63,414 bases of DNA, filler included, from Octopus bimaculoides (GCF_001194135.2; 8 parts of 7 records of this genome joined end to end with filler, not necessarily neighbours in it), one strand, 5' to 3'. Positions 1 through 14,224 are shown, counted from the whole stretch's first letter. The notes: generated by a model not told the origin, from the letters alone. Numbers and translations: made by a program.

Positions 1-1360
1 TAAGTTCCTGCGGTTTTTTTAAATTTTGGAATTTATTGTGTTTTTAAATTTTGGAATTTATTGTGTTTTTAAATTTGGGAATCTATTTTTTTCTGAGAAT
101 TCTATTTTTGAATCATTTTGGAATCTATTTTATTTTTTTCCTGTTAATTTTAGTTAATTTTTGTTTATTTTCAGATCATTAAAATGGAATGTCAATTTAA
201 GAAAAACGAGCATTTTCGACACCTCCTTCTTTTTACTTTTAATCAAGGTTCTAAGGCCACAAAAGCTGCTCATGACATTTGTGCTGTGTATGAAGAGGGT
301 GCCATAGGTGAAAGAACCACTCGTGATTGGTATACCAAGTTCAAAAATGGAAATTTTGACCTCTAAGATGCACCTTGTTCTGACCGTCCAGTTGAGTTCA
401 ATGAAGAGCAATTAAACCAACTTTTGCATGAAAATTCTTGTCAAACGACAAGGAACTGGCAGAGAAAATGGAATGCTCCCATACTGTTATAGAGAAGCAT
501 CTTCACTCAATGGGAAAGGTTCAGAAGTATGGAGCATGTGTTCCGCATGATTTAAGTGACAACAACAGAAATCATTGAGCCACAATCTCCGCTGGTTTGC
601 TTGCTTGTCACCGTTCAACTCATGGACACAAGCAATAATTTCTTTACCGAATTGTTACTGGCGACAAAAAGTGGTGCCTGTATATCAATACGAAACAGCA
701 TAAGGAATGGCGTAAACAAGCAACACTGCACGTGAAAAAAATCTTCATCCACGTAAAACGATGTTGTGTGAATCGTGGGACTGGGAAGGGATTATCCATT
801 ACGAATTGCTAGAATGGAACAAAATGGTCAACACAGAACTCTATGTTCAACAGATGGAACAACTCAACACGGCTATTCAAGACAAAAGACTTAATCAGCA
901 GCATGGAGTTCTTCTGTTGCACGACAACACCCGCCCTCATATCGCCAATATGACCAAGGAAGCCATTCAAACGCATGGCTGGGAAATGCTGCAACACCCA
1001 CCGTACTCTCCTGATTTGGTACCAACGGATTTCCANNNNNNNNNNGAAATGCTGCAACACCCACCGTACTCTCCTGATTTGGTACCAACGGATTTCCACC
1101 TCTTTTGATCTCTTTCAAATGCTATGCATGGAGTTTCGTTCAATACTGATGCAGAATTGAGAATTTGGTTGGATCAATTTTTCGAGTCGAAATTGGGTGA
1201 TTTCTACCAATGAGGTATTGAAAATCTTGTTGAACGGTGGGAAGAAGTTGTAAACAACAAGGGTGAATACATTATTGATTAATTATTTCTCATTTTTCAT
1301 TAAACCTTTTAAAAGATTTAAATTTAAAAAAACGGTAGGAACTTAATTGCCGACCCAATA
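1..1360 (+). mobile_element. Mariner (D,D34D) DNA transposon, mellifera-like, nearly full length, defective; left TIR cut by the window edge
   Basis: Left TAAGTTCCTGCGGTTTTTTT (1-20) is inverted to right AAAAAAACGGTAGGAACTTAATTGCCGACCCAATA (to 1360), followed by TA; transposase motifs lie in between. Confidence 0.93.
184..1282 (+). pseudogene. Mariner transposase pseudogene
   Basis: EHFRHLLLFTF HTH start, VPHDL, IVTGDKKW, LLLHDNTRPH, HPPYSPDLVPTDFHLF, ending GEYIID*; internal stops and frameshifts. Confidence 0.93.
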
Positions 1361-1372
1361 TATACATACACA

Positions 1373-1460
<88 letters not shown>

Positions 1461-1630
1461 AACACACACATATGTGCACATACACACAGAACACACATAC
1501 ATGTGTACACAAACACACACACACATACACACATATATATACACTTACATAAATAGTCACATATATATGGATATGTACATACATATAGATGGATACCTAC
1601 ATATATCAATACATATACATATACAGTTCT
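1361..1630. repeat. Compound (TG)n/(TA)n/(CA)n microsatellite
   Basis: Direct inspection; source of the YIYI ORFs. Confidence 0.95.
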
Positions 1631-1714
1631 TCTTTCATATAATTATAGCATCTGAGGAAATAGGACCATAATTAGATGGTTGAAGGAGTGATGGGCATTA
1701 TGAAAAAGAGTTGC

Positions 1715-3451
1715 CGTTAAGGCTTGACCGGAGCAGATTGGATCTGAAGGTATAAAAATTAATCGTATGATTTTAGGGCCTCATCCTTGCTATGATAGAT
1801 GGGCCTTCTCAAGCAGGCCAACACACCAATCATTTTGGTCTTTTTTCATCTCCTTCATGAGACACAACAACCTAAGGTTGGTCTTCACTACTTTCTCCTG
1901 TGTTTTCTTGGGTCTCCCTCTTACATGAGTTCCATCCACATTTACTGACTGGCACTTCTTTATATAGCTGACCTCATTCATACACATTACTTACCCTGTA
2001 CAGTCTTGTCTCTAGTACACAACATTTGATGCCTCATATGCCCATTTCCTTCAACACATTTGCACTTTGCTGCATATACACACTAACATTGCACATCCAG
2101 CAGAGAATGCTGGTTTCATTTCTTTCTGGTCTTCATCATGTTCTCTGAATTCCCAGCCCAAGTTTTACAACCATATATCATTGCTGTTCATACACAAGCA
2201 TCATGCAATCTGTCTTTCACTCTTAGAGACTTTTTGTTATCAACAGATGAAATAGCACTGAACTTTCTTCAGTAGGTTCATATTCCAGCAACTGTACTTT
2301 CAAAACATCCTTCTTCACTGCTAATCAAGTCACCTAGGCGACAGAAACCATCTGCTACCTTTTAGGTTCCTGGGTATTAAAGAAAACCTATTTCCTATAT
2401 GTTTTAAGTATTTATTACTCCTGTGCATCTGCCACAAACAAAGTTAGCTTTCTCTATTAATCATCCTGTGATTCCACTGTGTCATTTATATGTTGTACTG
2501 AATACACTGTAAGGAATTTCTACCCACATTTTCTCCATAACAAATAGGACCGTTTTCCCAAAGGGATTAGTATACTGTCTGTTTTCTCACTAGAACATTG
2601 ATTTTTTCCTAATGTTGATTTTAAGGTCCTTTGCTTCCAAGTTTTGCTTCCACATTTGAAATTTCTAATTCAACTTGAAACTCAGTTATAAGAACAAAGT
2701 CATCAACATAGAGGAGTTCCCATGAGCAACTGGTCTTAAACTCATCTGTTATGACCTAGAGGACAATGATAAATTGGATAGGACTGATACAACAGGGCCT
2801 TTTTGAAGGCTCTCTAGGTTGTTGAAAGTCAAGTGCAGCAGTTTATATATAGCTGAATAATTTTCCTGTAGTTGCCTTACAAGAAAGATGGCATCAGTGA
2901 TCCTTCTTCCAGTTGCAAAACCAAACTGCATCTCATCTAGAATAACTTTCTTCCAAATAAATTGAGCTAAAACTCTTTCTGTAACTTTCATGACCTAGTT
3001 CAGCAATTTGGTACTTCTCTAAGGTATCTCTTGTAACCTTGTAACAATTGGCTATAAGTCTGTGAGTGTATATATACAGACACACATATATGTACTCACA
3101 TATATATATGTGTGTGTGTGTGTGTGTACACACACATATATATANNNNNNNNNNNNNNNNNNNNNNNNNNNNNNNNNNNNNNNNNNNNNNNNNNNNNNNN
3201 NNNNNNNNNNNNNNNNNNNNNNNNNNNNNNNNNNNNNNNNNNNNNNNNNNNNNNNGTAATTTTGGGGGAGGGGGGCAGTCGATTACATCAACCCCAGGAT
3301 GCAACTGGTACTTAATTTATCGATCAAGAGGATGAAAGGCAAAGTTGGCCTCAGCAGAATTTGAAATCAGAACATAAAGACAGATGAAATACCGCTAAGC
3401 ATTTCACCCGGCATGCTAACATTTCTGCCAGCTCGCTGCCTTACACACACG

Positions 3452-3492
<41 letters not shown>

Positions 3493-4312
3493 ACACACAC
3501 ACATAGATATATGATATATATATATATATATATATACATACATATATGTATGTGTGAGTATATATATGTGTGTATGTATGTATACATATAGATATAAATA
3601 TAAGTATATGTATATGNNNNNNNNNNNNNNNNNNNNNNNNNNNNNNNNNNNNNNNNNNNNNNNNNNNNNNNNNNNNNNNNNNNNNNNNNNNNNNNNNNNN
3701 NNNNNNNNNNNNNNNNNNNNNNNNNNNNNNNNNNNNNNNNNNNNNNNNNNNNNNNNNNNNNNNNNNNNNNNNNNNNNNNNNNNNNNNNNNNNNNNNNNNN
3801 NNNNNNNNNNNNNNNNNNNNNNNNNNNNNNNNNNNNNNNNNNNNNNNNNNNNNNNNNNNNNNNNNNNNNNNNNNNNNNNNNNNNNNNNNNNNNNNNNNNN
3901 NNNNNNNNNNNNNNNNNNNNNNNNNNNNNNNNNNNNNNNNNNNNNNNNNNNNNNNNNNNNNNNNNNNNNNNNNNNNNNNNNNNNNNNNNNNNNNNNNNNN
4001 CATACATACATAGTCATTAGGTATGATACCTTCCTGTACAACTCAGTTAGCTATGTGAGAGACTAGGCTCTATACCACTCTGTCAGATATTCTAAGCATT
4101 TCAGAGGTAATTCCTGATGGATCAGGAGTTTTTCCTGACTTCATATCCTTAATTGTTATATCTATTATACAGCTATCAACTAGAATGGCTGTTTCCTCAA
4201 ACCTTCCTTTCTCTGTGCATTCTCCACTTTTAGTAGCCTTTCATAATAGCACTTCTATGTTACTTTCTTTTCAGAATCACTAAACGCAAGTGTACCTTTA
4301 TCATCATTCATC
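1715..4312 (-). mobile_element. RTE-clade LINE fragment (RT domain to C-terminus), decayed, interrupted at about 3062-4010
   Basis: Minus-strand peptides DDKGTLAFSDSEKK..YERLL, SGKTPDPSGITSEML, IPND / LIANCYK, MKVTERV..LDEMQFGF..TDAIFLVRQLQE, VDGTHVRGRPKKT. Confidence 0.88.
3256..3442 (-). mobile_element. tRNA-derived SINE family A (about 210 bp), inside microsatellite within the RTE
   Basis: Reverse complement of AAGGCAGCGAGCTGGCAGAA..TTCAAATTC..CTTTGCCTTTCATCC..GATAAATTAAGTACCAG. Confidence 0.9.
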
Positions 4313-4586
4313 ATCATTACATACATATATATGTACATATGTGTGCATGCCTGTGTGAGTGCATGTGTTAGGCTATATGACTGCTATAAAGCAGGAAAGT
4401 ATACTAGTCCTTATATATTCAATGTCCTTATATATTTAACACTCAATATTTCATTTATTCAATAAAACATTCAATACTTCATTTCATTTTACTATTTATA
4501 TTTTATATTCCATATTCTATATCACACATTAATTTTATAAGAATATAAATAAAACATAAAATACAGACAAAGTTGGAACTCTTTTA

Positions 4587-4641
<55 letters not shown>

Positions 4642-4984
4642 ACCAGCTATGAACCCAATTTTCTTCTTTTCTCTTTCCCATCGACACACACACACGCACC
4701 AACACAAAAAAACACACACTCACACACACACACACTCTCTCTCTCTCCACCCCTACACACTCAATAAAACTATATAAAGAGACCCTCCGCAAAGTTTTCT
4801 CAAAACAATTTGAAAATCCTGCACGACCAGGTGAAAAGCGCTTTATTTAATATGTGACATTAATAAAAATCTGTAAATGTACAAACATCCAGATTTCTGA
4901 GTACCTTAATTTTTTTCTATATAATTTCTGTACATCACCTCTAAACTTTCAAATATATATATACATACATATATATATGTATAT

Positions 4985-5130
4985 ATACATATTCAATATG
5001 ATTTGGCATAGAACAGCATATATTTTTTTTATTACTCCCACTTTTTTCTCCTTGCTATCTAACTTTCTGACGAAGAACTTTGGCTCAAAACGTCAGACAT
5101 TTCCACTTTCTTAATCTTTCATTGAGCATT
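4985..5130 (+). mobile_element. Penelope-like terminal-repeat remnant with decayed hammerhead motif
   Basis: TTTCTGACGAAGAACTTTGGCTCAAAACGTCAGA at 5064-5097. Confidence 0.5.
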
Positions 5131-5367
5131 AAACTAATAATTACTAATAATTTCTAATAATTGCTTTGTTTTCACTTTGTCATCTCTGTTATTATTTTCA
5201 TCATAAATTTTGGACTTGTATATCTGTATGTATGTATATAGAGGCTGTTATATTTTGTGAGAGACGTATTATTATAGCCTATAATCACACTCGACATTTG
5301 TTTTCTTGTTTTTAGCTATATTTTTCCTTTCTGTTTTTGCTTCCAAACATTTTTTGCTACATTATTT

Positions 5368-5430
<63 letters not shown>

Positions 5431-5447
5431 TATATACATACACACTC

Positions 5448-5487
<40 letters not shown>

Positions 5488-5506
5488 ATATATATATATG
5501 CATATA

Positions 5507-5543
<37 letters not shown>

Positions 5544-5544
5544 G

Positions 5545-5587
<43 letters not shown>

Positions 5588-6059
5588 ATATATTTGTGTA
5601 TATAGTCTCAGTAGCCTAGGTGGCGGTATGTAAGTTTTGTGTGTGTGTGCACACACAACTATGTGTGCTGTATTCATACATACATTCAAACAGGCATAAA
5701 CAAATTTTATATTCATATAAGAAAAAAAAAAAAAAAAAAAACTGACGAAAATCAAAACAAAAATATTCAAGCGTATGGGGAGAAAGATAGGGAGGGATAC
5801 ATTGAGGGGAAGTTAGAGAGAAGGTTAGATTGAGAGAGAGGGGGGTGGGGACAACTAGAGTAAAGAGAAGGAATAGGAGACTATGAAATAACAATCTTTT
5901 AGCAGATAGCACTAATACCCTAATTTCTTGCTACAAATACCGGAAATTAAAAACAATTGTAAAATAACAAGCACATTCATCTCATATTTTCTTTTACTAT
6001 TTTTTCTTCGTTTTCTGTGTTTCTTCTGTTATTTTTTTTCTATATTATTATTAATTTTT

Positions 6060-6320
6060 TTCACCTTGGCCTTTGGGGAAGGGTAAGAGAACTTATTGCA
6101 GAATCAATGGCCTTAACTCCATTATTTTTGACTTCTTTGATTAGTCAGAGAATTTTTCCCTTGTTAGAATTGTTGTTGGTACTTGATTGTAAGGTTCTAG
6201 TGACTAAAACTGGTATTTTTGGAGCTAATTTGACAACCCTTATCATGATAGTCATTAATAATAATTTGTGTGTGGGGTGAGGCGGAGTGGGGGGAGTAAA
6301 TGTTGCCCCTCCCCCTACCA
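6060..6320 (-). mobile_element. Possible decayed LINE AP-endonuclease fragment
   Basis: NIYSPT...PVLV....NSNKGKIL*LIKE loosely resembles APE motifs; GDFN motif absent. Confidence 0.3.
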
Positions 6321-6339
6321 CCACCATCACCCCCTCGTC

Positions 6340-7400
<1,061 letters not shown>

Positions 7401-7788
7401 CTCTTCTCTGTTTTCTCTTCTGTTGCCATTGTCTTCAGGACTTTGCTAGTTAGTATGTATGTCTGTATGTCTTGTGTTCTGAGCAGTATTTTGTAGATGT
7501 CTCTTGTGACCACGGGCTAAATGATTAAGAAAGTCCTTTTGCAATAGTGAGATCTTGGTTCAATCTTGCTGTATGGTTGTACCCTGAGCAAATGTTTTCT
7601 ACTATAGTTCAAGATTGATAGAAACTTCTTAAACAAAATTGGAAAGATGGCATCACTGAGCCTTGGGATGTTAGTTCATGAAGCAAACTCAGTTTTGGTG
7701 TCCTGGGTGAGATGAATTTTGGCACTTTACAAATATATTTTTTAAAGAATTTTCTCAAGTATTTATTACAGTTTCTTAAACATTGGTG

Positions 7789-7982
7789 CAGGTGTGGCTG
7801 TGTGGCAAGAAGTTTTATACATGCGGGTATGACTAAGTCGTAAGAAGCCTGCTTTCCAATCATATGGTTCCAGGTTCAGTCCCACTGTGTGGCGTCTTGA
7901 GCAAGTATTTTCTACTATAGCCTTGGGCCGCCCAAAGCCTTGAGAGTGGATTTGGTAGACGGAAACTGAAAGAAGTCTTTTG

Positions 7983-8015
<33 letters not shown>

Positions 8016-8232
8016 CTTTGTATTTATCCCCTCCCCATCATCACTTGACAACTAGTGTTGGTGTGTTTACGTCCCTGTAACTTAGTGGCTCAGCAAAAGT
8101 GACCGATAAAATAAGTATTAAGCTTTAAAGAAAATAAGTCCTGGTGTCAATTTGTTTGACTAAAACCCTTCAAAGCAGTGCTCCAGCATGGCCGTAGTCA
8201 AATGACTGAAATAAGCCAAACAATAAAAGAAC
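7789..8232 (+). mobile_element. SINE family B (tRNA-like head, central microsatellite, about 200 bp 3' half), full length
   Basis: GGTGTGGCTGTGTGGCAAGAAG..GGTTCAGTCCCAC..(TG)n..GTGCTCCAGCATGGCCGTAGTCAAATGACTGAAA. Confidence 0.88.
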
Positions 8233-8270
8233 AAGAATGTTGTGTTTATTTTATTCAATGAAGCTATGTA

Positions 8271-8439
8271 GGTACAGTCATGGCCGAGTGGTTAAGATGC
8301 TCATTTTGCAACCATGAAGTTTGGGTTTCTGTTCCTGTGCACTACACTTTGGGCAAGTGTCTTCCACTCTTGTCACAGGCCAACCAATGCTTTGAGAGTA
8401 AATTTGGTAGATGGAAACTGTGTTGAAGTTTGTTGTATG

Positions 8440-8440
<1 letters not shown>
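8271..8440 (+). mobile_element. SINE family B head, diverged
   Basis: TGGCCGAGTGGTTAAG..TTTGGGCAAGTGTCTT..TTTGGTAGATGGAAACTG. Confidence 0.75.
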
Positions 8441-8478
<38 letters not shown>

Positions 8479-8912
8479 TTAAATAATAAGTGTGAAAAAT
8501 TGAATGTTAATTTGATTAAATCAATTTAAAACCAGTGGCCTAGCAAATTGAGGTGTTTGCTGAATTTTTCTTGAGAACAATCTTTTCTTAGTGGCCAGAC
8601 CATAGGTAGTCTACTTCTAGCAAAGTAGATGTTCGCTTAGTAGTCATCCGTCTTATATGTATATATATATATATATATTATGATCAACATATATTCTTAA
8701 AAAGTGATTTCAAAGTTTCAGCCAGCTAAGCCAATGTTAGATGATGGCTTAGATGGTTGATACTTCAAAGTCACAGTCAATAATATTCTTGTTTAAGAAT
8801 CATAAATTAGTACATTTGTACTCTATAAAAATATAGAGTAACCCATCAGATAATTGTAAAATTGGTTTCATTATAATTGAACATGAAAACAAAATTTCTA
8901 TATATATATATG

Positions 8913-9012
8913 NNNNNNNNNNNNNNNNNNNNNNNNNNNNNNNNNNNNNNNNNNNNTTAATTAATTAANNNNNNNNNNNNNNNNNNNNNNNNNNNNNNNN
9001 NNNNNNNNNNNN
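8913..9012. other. Assembly spacer: 44 N + TTAATTAATTAA + 44 N (also 17583, 19104, 45590, 52227, 55189, 60270)
   Basis: Identical 100 bp layout seven times. Confidence 0.97.
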
Positions 9013-9054
<42 letters not shown>

Positions 9055-9403
9055 GTGTATGCATATGAGTTTTGTGTGTGTGTGTATTTGTTTGTTGTGT
9101 GTGTGTGTCAGTGTGTTGTTAAATTGTAAAGACAGATATGGTTGTATATTTATTGCCAAACGGAAGCTCCTAAAATACTAGGTAAATATACATACACGCG
9201 TGCGCGTATGCGTTTGTATGTGTGCTTCTGTGTGAACGCCTATAGGTGTGTATGTGTATATACGTATGTTTTTACGTATGTTTACATGACCCGTTAAAAG
9301 TCTTGCCTCCCTAATAGGGTGTTGCTATGTTCCAATATTCAAATTATCGGCTGAATATATATATATATATATATCGGCTTCTGTGTATGAGTGAGCTTTT
9401 GTG

Positions 9404-9483
<80 letters not shown>

Positions 9484-9803
9484 CTCGTGAATGAGAATTT
9501 GAAGTGTTGTGTATTTGTAGATGAGTTTGTGTGTGTGTCTGTGTGTGTGTGTTCGTGTATGAGTGTATTTGAGTGTTAGCCAATCTGCAAGTATATGTGT
9601 CCTTGCACATGCGTGTCTCCAATCGTGTGCCAGTGTTTATGGAATCGTACACTCATGTTTACTTGCGTATCAGCGTTAATATGTCTGTATGCCTATTAGT
9701 TTGTTTGTGTGTGTGTGTGTCTGTATGCTTGCGTGTGCACGCCTCTCTATGTGTATATGTAAAAGTGTGCATGCGTATATATTTATACATGTGGGTGTTT
9801 GTA

Positions 9804-9886
<83 letters not shown>

Positions 9887-10106
9887 TTATCTATGGGGGT
9901 TTAGTTCACAGGTGATCTAAACGATTAGGTACGCTAGGTAAGTGCTGTAACGGATTACTAGCGCTCCAAGGTGTGAATTTTTTTTCCAATAATAATAATG
10001 TATATAACTTGAGATGTTTGCCTTGCCTTAACGTTTGTTGTCCTCTTTAACAATTTTACATATACATTTATACACACATATATATATATGTATGTATGTA
10101 TGTATG

Positions 10107-10140
<34 letters not shown>

Positions 10141-10419
10141 TGTATGTACGTGTATTTAACTATGTATGTAAGTTTGTAATGTGTGGTGAGATTATATTTG
10201 TACGTGTGCGTGTGTATACATACATATACATACATATATATATTGCGTGTATGTGACGTTTTGACAGCGTGTGTTGCTCTGAGGGCAGTTAGAGAGGTAT
10301 GTATGTATGTAGGTAGACTTAGTACATGTGCTAGTAGCAACTAGCCAGTTATTATTAACCGGTTTCCAGATAAGGTGGTGAGATCCACCACTACTAAAGC
10401 CGCTTTACCGATATTGTTA

Positions 10420-10870
10420 TTGTTGCTACTTCCGCCCCGCCGCCGCCGCCGCTGCGGCCTCCACTCCCGCCTCCGCTTTCGCCACCGACACCACCTACGC
10501 CGCCATTACTGCTGCTCCTGATCTAATGCTGGAGTCGATGACTACGATGACAACGACGATGATTAGGCTGGTGATTATTATGATGAAGAACGTGCTGACG
10601 ATGACGATGATGACGATAATTTTTGTCAGGATGAAAATGGTGTTGATGTTTTTTTTTTTATCGTTGTTGCGGTTATAATTGTTGATGTGGTCGCTGTTGC
10701 TATTATTGTTGTTGTTGATGAGTTACTGTTATTTTTACTTCTGCTGCTGCTGCTATAGTAATAGTTTCTTTGTTGTTGTATAGTGGGGACAGGGGGCGTT
10801 CTTTCAGCTCTTGTTTTTTATTTGTCCTCCTTATGTCGATAGTACTGCTGCTGCTGCTGTTGTTAAGACA
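10420..10870. repeat. Mixed trinucleotide low-complexity tract (CCG, GAT/GAC, GTT, GCT)
   Basis: Direct inspection. Confidence 0.8.
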
Positions 10871-11254
10871 GTAATATATCGACGGTAATATAATAGAGAG
10901 AGAGAGAGAGAGAGGCACGGAGAGACAGAGAAAGAAAGCGAGTGAAAAGGAAAGAGATAGAAGAAAGAGTAAGAAGGAGTGAGTAGCGCTGGTTAGTGAT
11001 ACCAGCTGATGTGAACTCATTCTTCTTGACCTTCCTTCTCTTTTTTCTCAATCTCACCATTCCCTTTTCTTTTTCTTTATCTCTCTCTCTCTCTCTCTCT
11101 CCGTCTCTGTCTCTGTCTCTCTGTGTCTTTTTCTCTCTCTCTCTTCTCATTCTACTTCACAATAAACACACAAACACGCATACATACATACAAATAAACA
11201 CGAGCTTCGGTACGAGCGCGCACACGAACACACGCACACAAGCGCAAAAATTAT

Positions 11255-11326
<72 letters not shown>

Positions 11327-11563
11327 CCTCTTTACCTCTCTCACATGTTTCATTCACACATGCGAATACACACATATTTACTCTTTGTCTTCCTCTCTTT
11401 CCTTTCCACCTCACATTAACAAACGCATACACACAGACCCTCACTCTTTCTCTCCCCCTCTCTCTCCCCCCTCTCTCCCCTCTCCTCCCCCATCTCCTCC
11501 CCCACAAAAATATAAACACAAATACAAACGCACAAGCGCAGTCATGAATTATCCCTCTCTTTG

Positions 11564-11617
<54 letters not shown>

Positions 11618-11820
11618 CACTTCTTTCTTTGTATCTCTCTCATTACCCCCTCTCTCTTTTATACTTACACACAGAAGCCGTATTTCCTCGGCATCTCTCT
11701 CTCTCTCTCTCCCATCTCTCCAACAGTGTCATGACGTTTTTGTTATCTGTTGTCCTGGTGTCCTGTTTTGATCATGAACTTCCTCAACAATGTCAGATAC
11801 TTGTTTCTATTTACTGGGAA

Positions 11821-11855
<35 letters not shown>

Positions 11856-12408
11856 AGAGGAGGAGGAGGAGGAGGAGGAGAAGGGCAGCAGCAGAATTAG
11901 TGTTGTTGTTGCTTAACTTTTGGTCAGATTCCACCAAACAGGCCTATGATCTAAAGAGTTGCAATATTGACCACTGCGTCTTTGTTTTCGTCCAATAGGA
12001 TGTTGTCACCATGGCTACGCTGATCAGACTGACATTTGCTAATTTTTCCTTGTACAACAAAATAATACTATTTGCTTTTTCGAAGCGTTAGGTAATGGAG
12101 ACGTTGTACAACACAAATACGGAGAATCTTGCCTCTCACAATATAGAAACACTTCTCATGGCACCAGCAGACAAAATGGAAAAGGCACTGCCCCAGATGA
12201 ATGTAAGGTAGATGTGCTGGAACAGCCACTCTAACTCGCGGGGCTCGCATTTGCGGACAGCAATCTTTGCTTGGATAGCGGTGAGCAGGGATATGGTCAG
12301 GGAACTAAGAACTGGTCTCAACTGCCACAGGCTCAACCATAAACCTGATAGAAAGCGACCGACACATTGACAATACAGGATATCTAAGACAATATTTGTA
12401 ATTTCTGA

Positions 12409-12600
12409 GTTAGCACGCCCGGCGAAATACCTAGCGGTATTTCGTCTGTCTTTATGTTCTGAGATCAAATTCCGCCGAGGTCGACTTTGCCTTTCATCTT
12501 TACGGAGTGAATAGATTAACTAGCAGTTGCGTACTGGGGCCGATCTAATCGACTGGCCCTCCTCCAGAATTTCGGGCCTTGTGCCTAGAGTAGAAAATAA
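12409..12600 (+). mobile_element. SINE family A, 5' slightly truncated
   Basis: GTTAGCACGCCCGGCGAAA..GGTCGACTTTGCCTTTCATC..GGCCTTGTGCCTAGAGTAGAAA. Confidence 0.9.
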
Positions 12601-12869
12601 TTTTTGTCAGTTCTGTTCTTTCAGCCTGTTTCTATATACATAGGTGAAATACAGGCATTTGTGCTGGAGTAAGAACTTTTCTTTGCAGTTAATGGGATTT
12701 GGAGCCCGATTCCATAGCGCGACAGTTTGGTTAAGTAGTTTCTCAGCAAATAAGGAGTTTTCCAATACATTGTGAGTACTATTCGGTAAATGGAAACAGT
12801 GTAAAAGACAACGTATGTATATATGTATGTGGATCAATCTCTGCTTGAGTGGTCCATGGTGTCCCGAAA

Positions 12870-13352
12870 TAATTAGCTTCAGTTCGACGGCGTCTAACAT
12901 AAGCCTTTCGTCTGATCCAAAGATGCAGAAGCGGGAGTCATCTCTCCAAAGATCTTTTGACCTGTCTTCGACCGTCCTCAGAAATTATCGGCCTCTTTCG
13001 AGCGATTCGGCCGAACAGTCCAAATTCTTTAATGTGGTTTCTGACAGCTTGTGGTGTAAAACTGATGTCAGTTGCATCGGATAATTGCTTGCAAATGTCC
13101 ACTGCTGTTAACATTCGGTTACCTTCAGAGCCTGTGAATTCGTTGATCCATCTATACCGTTGTTTTCCTCGGAGCGCCCGTTCTTTGCCGATCTTTGTAT
13201 TGGCCGGTGGCTTGGTAAAGCTTCTACACTTAAACATAAGCCGTTTTGCTGCATCCTAATCGATTGCTAATGTTCATGAAGAACACATTTTGCTGATGAA
13301 CCCACACGATCTTTGATCTAGTAACTGGGCTGAAACTACGATGCGTTCCCAT
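12870..13352 (-). pseudogene. Tc1-like transposase N-terminal half, frameshifted and internally deleted
   Basis: MGTHRSFSPVTRSKIV..LGCSKTA..RTGAPRKTT..TAVDI..AVRNHIKEFGLFGRIARKRPII..DDSRFCIFGSD..YVRRR. Confidence 0.85.
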
Positions 13353-13849
13353 AGCGAATTAATGTGTAACAATGCTCGATTATTAAATAAAACAGAGCAG
13401 TAGGTCCAGCCATATGACCACCCATTTGGTTTATCAATTTGCATAATCTTCGTACGGTCTTAAACTTCTTTCGCCGACAATTTCTAATCATTTGAATTAA
13501 TTGCGCATTAAAATTATTCGAATTATAGAAAGATATATAACACCTTTCACATTCGAATGAGAAATAATTCTACATAAATTGTAAAAAAATAATTTTATAC
13601 AGTTTTATTTAAAATAATTCATGAAGGAATAGAAGTGTCATCATCGGTTTAAAAANNNNNNNNNNNNNNNNNNNNNNNNNNNNNNNNNNNATATATATAT
13701 ATATATATATGAATTTAAGGATTGGAGAAAACGCATGTTATAATTGCATACTTTATTCCTACATATGTTTCAAAGGATTACAACCTGTGTGATCCATAGG
13801 GAAATACACATAATTATATATATATATATGTATATAAAAATATATAGAG

Positions 13850-13890
<41 letters not shown>

Positions 13891-14114
13891 TAAAATATAC
13901 AGGGTAGGATAATTATAGAAATTTTTCTACCAGTGGTTAGCATGTATAAAACAGTCAATAGACAGCATATTTTTCATATAAGATTAGTGTACGTTTAAAC
14001 GTACACTAATCCTATATTTCATTTCAAAGTTTCAGCTCAGAGCTGCGGCCATGCTGATGCACCACCGTGTATATATATATATATACATATATATATCAAT
14101 ATATATATATGCAC

Positions 14115-14224
<110 letters not shown>

